Positions 38,000 to 50,550 are shown, counted from the first letter of the whole stretch. The stretch is DNA of 62,951 bases, filler included, from Octopus bimaculoides (GCF_001194135.2; 6 parts of 5 records of this genome joined end to end with filler, not necessarily neighbours in it), one strand, 5' to 3'. Translations and numbers: made by a program. Notes: generated by a model from the letters alone, not told the origin.

Positions 38000-39171
38000 T
38001 GTGTGTGTGCGTGTGTATAAACACTCAGAATTTCTTGACTAGAACTCTGTTTAGATCGAGTATAAAACGTCAAGCTACACGCATGGACGCACATCCCAAG
38101 GCAAAAACAAACAAAAAGCGCCTGAGCACTGGGGTGACCAATACTTACCCCAATAGTCTACGATTTATGTCTTATGTCTAAACAATCTCAATGGCCTTCC
38201 AAACTTCTTGTTCTCCCCCTTCCTGTTCTCCAACAACTGTGGTGGTGGCCATATACGCGTACTTAAACCAACACATATCTATAACTATATAGATAAAAAC
38301 GCAATTCTCCTATCTCTGCTCTGTGTGCGTAATTGTCTTTCCGAATACATTTGTGTACGCGCGTGCGTGTGTGTGCGCATGGGTTGTCTATACATGTGTG
38401 TGTCTACATATATATATATGAACGAGTGTGCGCATCTACCTATATGTCTCCCTGTTAACTCTACCCCAAGCGCATGTGCATATTTGCATACTTTTTTCTA
38501 TCCTTGGATAGAACTTTCCATAGCTAAACTTTCATCATCGTAACGCCTGTATGTTATGAAAATGTAACATTGCCATATAAAGTGCACTTCATATTCAATG
38601 ACATCTTATAGTAGAAACAGCTTTAAGATAATGTTCAGTACATAACATTTAGATTTCCAGTATGCTTATATATATATATAATTGTTCGACTGGACAACAA
38701 ACGGTAAGTTTGTAGCCGAGCAATTTATACAAGGCATGGGAGTTTATACAAATAGTTTCTTTCTAATAGACGGTATGATTCTGTCTCGTATATATATATA
38801 TATATATGAATGTACAAATGTATATATGAATGTATGTATATATATGTGCCTATACACACAATAATACATACATATATACAGAGAGAGGGAGAGGAAGAGC
38901 GGGAAAGTGTGCGGGAGAGAATAAACTCGATAGATAGGCACCTCAAATTATACATTTTCTAAGAAGCTACATAGTATAGCTCGTGAAAGATATTTGTTTG
39001 GACAATAACCTGATTGGCAAAGGAGAATAGGAAATATCAAAATGATATACCAGAGTAGATAATGCGTGTATGTGTGTGTTGTATATGTATGTATGTACGT
39101 GTGTAGCTATCTTTTTCTCTCTGTCTGTCACTCTCTGTCTCTCTCTCTCTCTCTGTATGTATATATAAGTA

Positions 39172-39318
39172 CAGGTGTTTATGACAAACCATATTATTTT
39201 GACAACCGTGTTTACAGATAAAAGTACAAAGTACATAAGGATACTAATTCCTTATGTACTTTGTACTTTTATCTGTAAACACGGTTGGCAAAATAACATG
39301 GTTTGTCATAAACACCTG
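39172..39318. mobile_element. Palindromic MITE, Tc1/mariner type
   Basis: TA|CAGGTG...CACCTG|TA; 70-bp arms (39172-39241 and 39249-39318) with 2 mismatches around a 7-nt loop TACTAAT. Confidence 0.85.
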
Positions 39319-39364
39319 TACTTTGGGGGGGTTTTTTTTTGTCACTTTAGCTATGAATTAAATT

Positions 39365-39592
39365 AATGAATTCAACGGGATACACTCTGCAAGTAGTTGG
39401 GTTCAGCATATTATCTTCCATTTTCTAATTGATATACAAATTTGGGTTACCCCCCACCTTTTTACCCGCTTGCATTTATTGGACTTGGTAAAACACTAGT
39501 GTAGCAATAATTGGGTACCCTCCCAGCAGTATATTGGATAGATACTATCCCTTAGTGGGTTGAATCCTCAACCCCTAACTCTCTCGCATTAT
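39365..39592 (-). mobile_element. Second copy of the TA-anchored repeat
   Basis: Reverse complement aligns to 33031-33250; runs into a gap whose far side is (TA)n. Confidence 0.75.
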
Positions 39593-39935
39593 NNNNNNNN
39601 NNNNNNNNNNNNNNNNNNNNNNNNNNNNNNNNNNNNNNNNNNNNNNNNNNNNNNNNNNNNNNNNNNNNNNNNNNNNNNNNNNNNNNNNNNNNNNNNNNNN
39701 NNNNNNNNNNNNNNNNNNNNNNNNNNNNNNNNNNNNNNNNNNNNNNNNNNNNNNNNNNNNNNNNNNNNNNNNNNNNNNNNNNNNNNNNNNNNNNNNNNNN
39801 NNNNNNNNNNNNNNNNNNNNNNNNNNNNNNNNNNNNNNNNNNNNNNNNNNNNNNNNNNNNNNNNNNNNNNNNNNNNNNNNNNNNNNNNNNNNNNNNNNNN
39901 NNNNNNNNNNNNNNNNNNNNNNNNNNNNNNATATA

Positions 39936-39968
<33 letters not shown>

Positions 39969-41183
39969 GCGTGTGTGTGTGTGTAGGGCAAAATTATACA
40001 GAAGTCTAGAAGAAAGGACAGAAACAGATGAAGGAACAGAAATCAAGGTGCCTTAGTTTGACACTCATTTAAAATGGAAGAAAACTTTGACGTTTCAAGC
40101 CTATGCTCATCTACAGAAAGGAATAAGCAGAGAAAACAGATGGAGAGGGAAAAACGGGTAACAAAATTAGCGTGTCTGGATTAAATGTTGCAAATGTTAT
40201 ATATATAATGTCACTTAGAACAAATTCTTGGTTTTCAGTTGTATTTTCGTGAAGTTTCTATTTAAGTTTCTATTATTTAGTAAGTTGTGTGAAATGTCAT
40301 TTTTATAACATCTAAAAGACTCAAGGCGGCACGAGAATATTTTCTTAATTCTTACATAAGAACAACTTTGTAAGATTATTTCGATGGAAAAATTATATTT
40401 GCTGTCACCACTGCTCTTCGTCTTTTTCTAGACACATCTGCAAAACAAGTAAAGCGAAATGACGACAGATGGAAGCATTAATATTTATACAAATGTAGCT
40501 TTAAGCTAAGTCTGGAGAACTAAAACAATAATAAAAACAAATTCCTTTTCCTAAGAAAACCGCATGTTTTCGGTATATCAATTTAATTACTAGTAATGTG
40601 TTTGTTGCAAATAAATTTATATACAACTGCATATTCATGTGATCTATATATGTTTATGGATATTGTTGACTTTAAAAGTGAAACCCCACTATTGTGGTTA
40701 AACCAGGGAGAGTTTTGCATCTTGGTCTGAAGACAGAATCGACTAGGTTCATCATTTGTTAAATATTCATTGTGAATCTCTAAGACCGGCGTTCCAAGAT
40801 ATTTTTGAAAGTATTAGACTGAATACACATGGTGTTTCTAGAACGCACGAGTTAGCTTTTGCTCCAACTTCAAACGATAACCATTATATATATGAAGTTT
40901 TGCCATTCTCAAACTTATTTCTTTTAACTATCAATAGTTTTTGCTTCGTAATCTTACAGTTAGCTAGTATTAAATGAAATACTAAATATACTCCTGAAAT
41001 TCTTAGACAAAGTTTCGAATATAATCTTTGTGAATCTTTGTCTGAGTAGTCACAGTTCAGGAGATTCTCTACATGTTCTTCTATAATGAAACACATGTAA
41101 CATAGAATTTAACATATACCAAATTTTTCAGTGTTTGTTTAGACATATATTTTGCTAATACCATTTACCAGGACTTTCAAATA

Positions 41184-42379
41184 CAGGGTAGAGTAGAGAG
41201 AACAGACGTTTTTCAAATCGCTATTACTCAGCCCCAAGGTAAGCGACATATGTCCGAGAGGTAACATTCGGTCTGTGTTGTCTTAGCATTTTTCTTTCTT
41301 TTCAGGTGAAGCCATGGCGCTGTGGACGATAGAGCATCGTGTGTTTGCCTACGACAGTTACATGAAAAATAAACGAGTCTGTCACAGCAGTGCATCGTGA
41401 GTTCCGGCACCACTTTAACATTCACCGAAATCAAGCTGCTCCCACCCGTGACACAATCTCATGTTGGGTGAATGCACTTCGTACACGAGGTATACTAATG
41501 GATATGAGACTGGTGGGGGCGTAACAAATAGTACGGACCCAGAAATGTGGAACGAGTCAGACAAACTTTGATATGGAGTCCGAATTGCCCTACTCGGAGG
41601 CATTCCACTGAACTTGGCGTCGGCAATCGATCAGTAAAGCATATTTTGCATGGAGACTTGCATTTCTACCCATACAAATTGGTCTTTGAGGTACAGATGA
41701 AACCATGGGACGATGTACAGCGGCTTAACTTCAGACGTCAGATGGAAGCAATTTTTGACGCAACTGACAACCTCATTTTGTTAATAAGTGATGAAGCTCA
41801 TTTTCATCTCAACAGCATGGTGAATCAACGGAACTGTCATTATTGGACTCTTGAAAATCCGAGAGAATTGCACGAATGATCACTGCACAGCACAAAAGTG
41901 ACGTTCTGGTGATTTGTGTCTGAAAATGTATGCCTATTCGAAATGTGTATTTTCAGCGGGTTGGAGCCACGGCCCACACAGCCAGAGCGTCAATGGACTT
42001 TTTTCGCCCTCTCTTCGGTGACCGCCTAATTTCTATGTTTGCTGACGTTCCTTGTACCCTCGGTCCACTGATTTGTCCATGTGTGATTATTTCTTGTGAA
42101 GAAACCTCAAAGCACGTGTGTATGCGCATAAGGCCAGTATATTGAACGATTTGAAGGAAGATATTCGCGTAGAAGTCACCCAAATCGACAGAACAATGCT
42201 GGAGAGAGTGGAAGCCAACTTCGAAGAACGCCTTCAAAAATGCATCGATGAAAACGGACAACACTTGATTTTGAAAAATGCTAATTCAATACACATTGAT
42301 GTCAATAAAATTTGTTTGCATCTAAGCTTAATGATACTGTGAATTTTTCAAAAAGATTCGTCCTTCCTGCTCCACCCTG
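41184..42379 (+). mobile_element. Decayed Tc1/mariner DNA transposon, DD41D (rosa-like) transposase pseudogene
   Basis: Degenerate TIRs TA|CAGGGT...ACCCTG; ATG at 41314 (MALWTIEHRVFAYDSY), HFYPYK, SDEAHFHL..VNQRNCHYW, FQRVGATAHT, PRSTDLSMCDYF. After repairing a 1-nt frameshift, 41 residues separate the expected second Asp (here V) from the third Asp. Confidence 0.9.
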
Positions 42380-42477
42380 AAGTATGTTGTAATTTTCACT
42401 TAAAAGTAAGTATCTGCATACATATATTTTATTAGTATGTGCAGATGTGGTTCACAGGTACAGTTTGGATTATAAGC

Positions 42478-42533
<56 letters not shown>

Positions 42534-43142
42534 NNNNNNNNNNNNNNNNNNNNNNNNNNNNNNNNNNNNNNNNNNNNNNNNNNNNNNNNTCTCTCTCTCT
42601 CTCTCTCTCTCTCTCTAAACACACACACATATATATATAATCTTGTATTCACACCATACACACCTATGCATACTTTTATGCATTTGGATGAGGTATAGTT
42701 TTGAAGAAAGAAGCAAGTCTGTATATATTTGCAGACACATTTTCAAGGGAAACCTATTTGTTTATAAATACATATAAATACGTTTTCTAAATTTATTTGC
42801 TAGGTTTCGCTGTTTACATTAAAATACTGTATTCTATTTTAACCAACGTTATCATTATGACTATTTTGCTGCAGTTTCTTATTATAGCGGCGAACTATTT
42901 ATACGCATAAATAACGGAATAATGATGATGATGATACCTACATGGAGATGGTAGTAGTGATACTGGTAGTAATGATAGTATGTATACGGAGAGTGATAGA
43001 GGCGGATATGGAACAAGTAGTGCTGAATAGATAGAAATATATNNNNNNNNNNNNNNNNNNNNNNNNNNNNNNNNNNNNNNNNNNNNTTAATTAATTAANN
43101 NNNNNNNNNNNNNNNNNNNNNNNNNNNNNNNNNNNNNNNNNN

Positions 43143-43186
<44 letters not shown>

Positions 43187-44578
43187 GTATATATATATAT
43201 ATGTGTGTGTGTGTGTATGTATGTGTAAACGCGCGTGTCTGTAAGTCTATTTTCTATGTATCTCTCTAAATAAACATATACAAACACATATATACTCACT
43301 CAAATATTGTATAAATATATTTTACACAAACACACACACGCACAACACAAACATTCACATTCTTCCCTTTTACACGCACACACATACACACATAAACTCA
43401 TACAGATTTGAGGCGCTGTTTAATTTTTGTTTCACCGTTGAATTTTCACAGTCCCACTTCCATCAGTGGATAACCCCCTTCCTTTCTCGTTCGTATGTTG
43501 TAACGGAGAAATTACACAATGAGTATTATTATTGTAGACGATGAACTGCGTCTTATATGGATATTCCAAACAGGCTTGGATTCTGTCCATACAGTTTTTT
43601 AAGCATTTACATATTTACTTGTTACATACATTGTCATTATATTTGCATGGTGACAAAATTTATTTCTGCTGGACATATTTTATTTTGGTGTACGCTATAC
43701 ACCATTTTTATTATACAGTTGAATTCTAAGTATTGTTTTATATTTATTCTATAGGATATAAATTCACATTGTTTCTTACTGGCTACTTCATGGATCATTT
43801 AACGGAAACCTCCTGAAGTAAACTTGTTATATATGTGTTTGTCGCTATGTATTTTAGATGTAAAATACAAAAGACATAAATAAGGCATATTTTAACAACC
43901 AAGTTTTGATCAGCATTTACATATATATANNNNNNNNNNNNNNNNNNNNNNNNNNNNNNNNNNNNNNNNNNNNNNNNNNNNNNNNNNNNNNNNNNNNNNN
44001 NNNNNNNNNNNNNNNNNNNNNNNNNNNNNNNNNNNNNNNNNNNNNNNNNNNNNNNNNNNNNNNNNNNNNNNNNNNNNNNNNNNNNNNNNNNNNNNNNNNN
44101 NNNNNNNNNNNNNNNNNNNNNNNNNNNNNNNNNNNNNNNNNNNNNNNNNNNNNNNNNNNNNNNNNNNNNNNNNNNNNNNNNNNNNNNNNNNNNNNNNNNN
44201 NNNNNNNNNNNNNNNNNNNNNNNNNNNNNNNNNNNNNNNNNNNNNNNNNNNNNNNNNNNNNNNNNNNNNNNNNNNNNNNNNNNNNNNNNNNNNNNNNNNN
44301 NNNNNNNNNNNNNNNNNNNNNNNNNNNNNNNNNNNNNNNNNNNNNNNNNNNNNNNNNNNNNNNNNNNNNNNNNNNNNNNNNNNNNNNNNNNNNNNNNNNN
44401 NNNNNNNNNNNNNNNNNNNNNNNNNNNNNNNNNNNNNNNNNNNNNNNNNNNNNNNNNNNNNNNNNNNNNNNNNNNNNNNNNNNNNNNNNNNNNNNNNNNN
44501 NNNNNNNNTAACACACACACACACGCACATCGTTGGCGATTTTCTTTCTCTGCCTTCCCTTCTTTGGACTTTTCCTAT

Positions 44579-44613
44579 ATTTCTGACGACGATCTCTGAT
44601 CGGAACGTTAAAT
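44579..44613 (+). ncRNA. Minimal hammerhead-like motif with mutated core
   Basis: ATTT CTGACGA C GATC TCT GATC GGAA CGTT AAAT: stems I and II intact, GAAA reads GGAA. Confidence 0.5.
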
Positions 44614-45457
44614 CCTCTTTCTTTTTTTCCCCTTTCTTGACCGTCCAATAACACTGTACTTATTCCACGTCCTCGCGTTGTTTTTTCGTGTTTTTTTCGT
44701 TTTTTTTCTTGCTTGTTCATATTGAAATTGTTGAATGTGTGTGTTTGTGCGTGTCTGCTGAATTTAGCAAACAAGAGAAAATAAATCAATACCATGGTAG
44801 ATTTGTTTAGGTTAATCTAGTTGACTGCTAGATGCGGAATCTGAGAAACTGGAACACAAAGTGGATGCATAAAGATGGAAGAAATAAAGGAGTAGTTACA
44901 TTGATAGAGGAGAAAAAATAACTTTGACAACCAATTGATTTAAGTGAAATGCAACTATTGTGTGTTTCTTCAGCAAAATGAACCACCCAATTTACAGAAA
45001 TATATATTCATACGTTAGTACATATACATGCATGTATATATATATATATATATATATATNNNNNNNNNNNNNNNNNNNNNNNNNNNNNNNNNNNNNNNNN
45101 NNNNNNNNNNNNNNNNNNNNNNNNNNNNNNNNNNNNNNNNNNNNNNNNNNNNNNNNNNNNNNNNNNACATTCATATATTCTTAGACTTGGTATATTTTCT
45201 ATTGAAGTATATTCAAAAGACAAAACAAAACTTCTTCATAAACCCATTCGTAATGCTTAGAAATTATAATAATTTATTCAGAAAATGTAGGAAAAAATTC
45301 CGGCAGATATCTAGTTACATGTGTTCAAATATATATTACATTATTAATCAAACTTATTCTTACTTGGTTGATTTCTTGACATTGATACTTACTATAAGTG
45401 GCTTATATTTTACATACTGCTATTATCCTTGCGTACACACACACTCACACACACACA

Positions 45458-45504
<47 letters not shown>

Positions 45505-46667
45505 TGTGTGTATGTGCATACATACTACTTACGTAAATGCATATATACACATATACAAACACTCAACTGTTACTTGAGAGGAATATGAACCAGACCGTAA
45601 CGGCATGTGTTTTGTTGTTGTTTTTAGTTTAATTCATTGAATTACTTAATTTGTTATTCGTTTGCTGTATTAATATATTTTGATACTGCAGGGTGACGTT
45701 GTATGAATAGAAATACTATTCACGTGGGTGCTATTAAGCAGACACATATGCAGTGCTAGCGTCAATTTTTAGGAGCCAGACAATATGAAATCCGCTCCAA
45801 GTTTTTGCAGCTGAATTTTCTCAGTTTCAAATATGGTACTTCTCAACGTTTCTTAACTCTCAGTAAATTGTGATTGTTTTTTTGTTCAGACCCAGATCAG
45901 TTCTGCTTGAACAGATACACAATCAGGCCTGTTTGAACATTTACAGGCAGTAGGATATGATTGGATTCTAGCATGTCAAGCGTCCTAGTAGTAGTGGTTC
46001 CCTACACCTATTTCATGCATTCTGATTACGTGAGTGGAAACTTGTTATGTCTCAAACTACTGCTATCTAGCTCCTTAGGATGATCGCTACACAACTGCTA
46101 CTCGACTGCTACTCAAGCACCTACCATGGCCAGAAAACCTCTATTTATATGTCTTGGGAGATCCTACTTCTTCGCCTGGGGGCATCGACACAACAGAACT
46201 CTTACTAGTTAATAAATAAAAAGCGAGCAGAAGCAACTTGTTTCAAAATTACCAACCTATGTGATCTGAAGCTCATAGGGCTTATTGTTCTGTCCTGCCA
46301 ACTCATGACCTATGATGCGTCCGGAAAGTTTATCGTCGTACTGTTTAAAGCCCTAATCTGTTATTAGGTACTTTGTGCGGAATCCATTCTATGCAAACAA
46401 GAGTATCAGGTCTTCCGTTTCAGACTACCAATAGTGGTTTCTTTTTTGTTACTATTCCAGGAAACACTGTTAATTATAAGGCGTTATCGTTTCTACTCTC
46501 ATTAGATAAAAAAAAAAAAAAATCTAGTTATCTTTTACGCATCTAGTAATTAATTCTTGTTCGATATTCTGCAGAGATACATCTGTTTCTTTACACAAAT
46601 AATGATTGTTTTAATTAGTATATAAATACAATATGAAGTAATAAACACAAGCAACATATTACAAAAA

Positions 46668-47073
46668 TTACTCTTTTACTTGTTTCAGTCATTTGACTGC
46701 AGCCATGCTGGAGCACCGCCTTTAGTCGTGCAAATCGACCCCAGGATTTATTCGTTGTCAGCCTAGTACTTATTCTATCGGTCTATTTTGTCAAACCGCT
46801 AAGTTACAGGGAAGTAAACACGCCACCATCGGTTGTCATACGATGCTGTGGGGACAAGCACAGACACACAAACATATACACACACATACATATATATATA
46901 TATGTATATACATATATACGACGGGCTTCTTTCAGTTTCCGTCTACCAAATCCACTCACAAGGCTTTGGTCACCCCGAGGCTATAGTAGAAGACTCTTAA
47001 CCAAGGTGCCATGCAGTGGGCATGAACCCGGAGCCATGCGGTTGGTAAGCAAGCTACTTAGCACACAGCCTAT
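46668..47073 (-). mobile_element. SINE family B, near full length
   Basis: All modules present: tail, internal CA/TA tract, CORE-like block, head ending cacacagcctat. Confidence 0.9.
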
Positions 47074-47599
47074 ATTTATAATATATTATTTAGATAGTAT
47101 TCGAAAAAGTAAGACTTGAATCTTCTCCCAAAAATACTTCAATTTAAATATCCAAACTTGATTGGGTTTCATAACTGATCCCTTGCAAAAACGATTTCTT
47201 CCTTATATACTTCTCAAAACACATTTTACTTTTAATTCCCTCCAGGATTCCGGAGTAAATATGCATTATTGGCATGAAACTCTTCAGGTTATTTATAAAA
47301 TTTCAATTGTATTACCTTAAGAAGACTGGTAAACATTAAAAGAGTTTTATTTTTTATTGTATGAAATATTGTTTTGTAATTCATGTACATTTAAAATAAT
47401 AAACATTTATATTATTACATTACATTATATTAATGCGTTTGTGTATGTTAGTTAAATATATTTAATAAAATATAATATTTCACATTTTGTATAACATTTT
47501 TGGTTATAAATTATCACAGTGATACCAGTTTACAATATTCCATTTAATTAAATTATATAAATTTTCATGTTTTTGCATAATAAATTTAATATATACTTT

Positions 47600-48300
47600 T
47601 AAGATCACAGTCGATAGGGGAAATTTGCTTGCAAAAGGAAATATTATGTATGAAAAAACATCAAGTGAAAGATTTTGTGGATATTTTTTGAATAAATTAT
47701 CAAAAATGTTACGGCGATAATATTGACAGATAGACCGAACTAATTGGATTCCAATACAAATAAGTTAAATGAAAAATTGTTTGTCGATTCTTCATAGCAA
47801 GCTATATACTTATTCTTATTGTGCATTATACCATCTGTATTCTTTATAACTATAAAAAGAAACCCCTCTAAATATATATTTGGTTGACTTTTTTCGTTTC
47901 AGAATAATATCTCTCATACTTGAAATTCAAGCTGGTTACACAAAATATCGTTGTATTCTATGGCCACTGTAAAGGAAATTTGATTCATGTTATATAAGAC
48001 AAAAAGACCGGGATTTTAGAAATATATCTCAGATAAGATTATAAAATGTTGCACTTTCTCTTGAGATACAAACTTTTTGTCTTAATTCATATGAATTTAT
48101 GATGTAGGAAACATCTTATAAATGCTCTTAATAAAAACAAAAGTGCGTATAAACCTGTTTGCCATAAGTTTTTAAATGAAAATAAACTGAAATCAAAGGG
48201 CGACATTTTAGATTACAAAATGAATATATGATAATTAGGATATTTAGTAAGTCAGTAAACATTTCTTTATATGTTTCAAAGACAACTGAATGCAAAAGCA
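47600..48300 (+). pseudogene. Decayed Chapaev (CMC)-like transposase
   Basis: Colinear remnants NLLAKG (47622), LFVDSS (47777), IISLILEIQAGYTKYRCILW (47904-47963) and KHLINALNKNKSAYKPVCHKF...KGDI match recalled motifs WNLL, LFIDSS, LLG.Q.GYTK.CCFLC.W and MKNFVKALD...KF...KEGIF. The family name is from memory. Confidence 0.65.
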
Positions 48301-48387
48301 AACGTTTAGTAAAAAAAAAAAAAGGCTTGGTAACTTTCAACAATTTAAATGTAAGATAAATATGGATTTACGCTCTCTATATTTTCA

Positions 48388-48486
48388 CATGGCCTATTGG
48401 TTAGAGCAGCGGACTTGCAGTCGAGGGATCGCGGATTCGAATTTCAGACTAGGCGATGTGTGTTTATGAGCGAAACACCTAAGCTC
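48388..48486 (+). mobile_element. SINE family C, head fragment
   Basis: catggcctattggttagagcagcggacttgcagtcgagggatcgcggattcgaatttcagac...gagcgaaacacctaagctc. Confidence 0.8.
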
Positions 48487-48770
48487 GAAATACATAAATA
48501 ATGAAGCATTCATATTTTTTCATTATTTCGAGGATTAATATACTTTTATACATGCGTTTTATTTTAAAATAAATCTGATCNNNNNNNNNNNNNNNNNNNN
48601 NNNNNNNNNNNNNNNNNNNNNNNNNNNNNNNNNNNNNNNNNNNNNNNNNNNNNNNNNNNNNNNNNNNNNNNNNNNNNNNNNNNNNNNNNNNNNNNNNNNN
48701 NNNNNNNNNNNNNNNNNNNNNNNNNNNNNNNNNNNNNNNNNNNNNNNNNNNNNNNNNNNNNNNNNNNNNN

Positions 48771-48912
48771 CCGATGTTGGTGTGTTTACGTCCCCGTAAA
48801 ATTAGAATAAGTACTAGGCTTACAAAAAATAAGTCCTGCAGTCGATTTGTGCTACTAAAAGACGGTACTCCAGCATGGCCGCAGTCAAATGACTGAAACA
48901 AATAAAAGGATA
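48771..48912 (+). mobile_element. SINE family B, tail fragment
   Basis: gtgtttacgtccccgtaa...agaataagtactaggcttaca...ccagcatggccgcagtcaaatgactgaaacaaataaaagga. Confidence 0.88.
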
Positions 48913-49023
48913 ACTGTAGAAAGAACGTATAATGCAGATTAGGGTAGTCGTTACATCACATGACTCTCACTAACAACAGGGATTTATTCATAGTATAATG
49001 TAACTCATTACTGTTGATATAGT

Positions 49024-49441
49024 TGTTGTTGGCACTCCATCGCTTACGACGTCGAGGGTTCCAGTTGATCCGGTCAATGGAACAGCCTGCTCGTGAAATT
49101 AACGCGCAAGTGACTGAGCACTCCACATACACGTGTACCCTTAACGTAGTTCTTGGAGATATTCAGCGTGACACACTTTGAATTACAGGCACAACAGAAA
49201 CAGGAATAAAGGGTGAGAGAAAGTTGTGGCGAAAGAGTACAGCAGGGTTCACCACCATCCCCTGCTGGAGCCTCGTGGAGCATTAGGTGTTTTCGCTCAA
49301 TAAACACTCACAACGCCTGGCNNNNNNNNNNGCATTAGGTGTTTTCGCTCAATAAACACTCACAACGCCTGGCCTGGGAATCGAAACCGCGATCCTATGA
49401 CCGCGAGTCCGCTGCCCTAACCACTGGGCCATCGCGCCTCG
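49024..49441 (-). mobile_element. SINE family C, full length, with 14-bp target-site duplication
   Basis: ACTGTTGATATAGT at 49010-49023 and 49442-49455 flanks the element; the internal 42-bp duplication around 10 Ns is probably an assembly overlap. Confidence 0.92.
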
Positions 49442-49499
49442 ACTGTTGATATAGTAATAATTAGTATATAGATGCAAACATCAGACTGGAAGTAGTAAT

Positions 49500-49607
49500 C
49501 TACTGGTACTTAATTTATCGACCGATACTTAATTTATCGATGGACTGGTACTTAATTAACGACCCCGAAAGGATGAAAGGCAAAGTCGACCTCGGCGGAA
49601 TTTGAAA
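49500..49607 (-). mobile_element. SINE family A body fragment with internal triplication
   Basis: tacttaatt(t)a occurs three times before gaccccgaaaggatgaaaggcaaagtcgacctcggcggaatttgaa. Confidence 0.8.
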
Positions 49608-50550
49608 GAGTGGCAGTAGTAATGACATTGAACATATACTCTTGATATATTTCAACGTTGTTACCAACCCAGATGAGGAATTTCTTAGACATTAAATAGT
49701 CGATCAGTTTGGACAGAAGAGGAGAGGAAAACAGAAGAGAGGTGATGACGATGATGATGGTGAGAATGATGCTGCTGCTGCTGATGATGATGAGAGAGAG
49801 AGACAGACAGAGAGAGAGAGATAATAGAAAACAGAAAGGACATCAGAGATAAAGGGAATGATAGGTAGGAAAAGAATGAAAAACGGACACTGAGTGACCA
49901 GATGTGTGAAACATTATAACCTTTTAGTCACACGAATCCACATAGAGACAAAGAACGTAGCTGAAGTTCCCTTGGATAATGGACAAAACTAAAAGATAGA
50001 ACTGTGGCGAATGATTCAGCAGACTTGTTTTTATAGATTCCGTGATACTGAATTAAGAGAGAAATGTTTCTGTCGTGCTGAATGTTACTTTTAAGTTAGT
50101 TTCCGCTACGTTTGTTTATCTGTTTGTTCCTTATTCTGTCTTGTATACACATATGCAAACACCAAAACGTGCAACGGATTAAATGTCCTTATTCTTCTTC
50201 TTTATGGGTGTTCAGAAAACATTTGTAAGTGTTATTTCATGCGCGGTTTTATGTAAAAAAAAAAAAAAAAAAAAAATCGTACTTAGATAGCGGCTGCGCA
50301 TACTACGTTTTTCCATTACCTGCTAAGCTTCATATGAAACACAATAACATTGGATGTACACACAAGCACATATATGCATACATACTTACATTTATACATA
50401 CATACATGCATACATACATACATGCATACATACATACATACATACATACATACATACATACATACATACGTGCATGCATGCTTGAATACATACATTCATA
50501 CATACATACATACATACATACATACATACATACATACATACCTACATACA

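Noticed and set aside
45700-46450. Decayed mariner or LTR in a GC-richer patch
   Set aside because: Only vague motif similarity; no TIRs, paired LTR or convincing peptide.
47246-48230. Four-exon host gene model (DSGVNMHYWHETLQ-ITVDRGNLLAKG-...-KMNI*)
   Set aside because: The phases fit, but the peptides are better explained as colinear transposase remnants, and LFVDSS lies in a supposed intron.
49280-49373. 42-bp duplication inside SINE-C
   Set aside because: Same 10-N overlap artefact; absent from the copy at 9308-9693.
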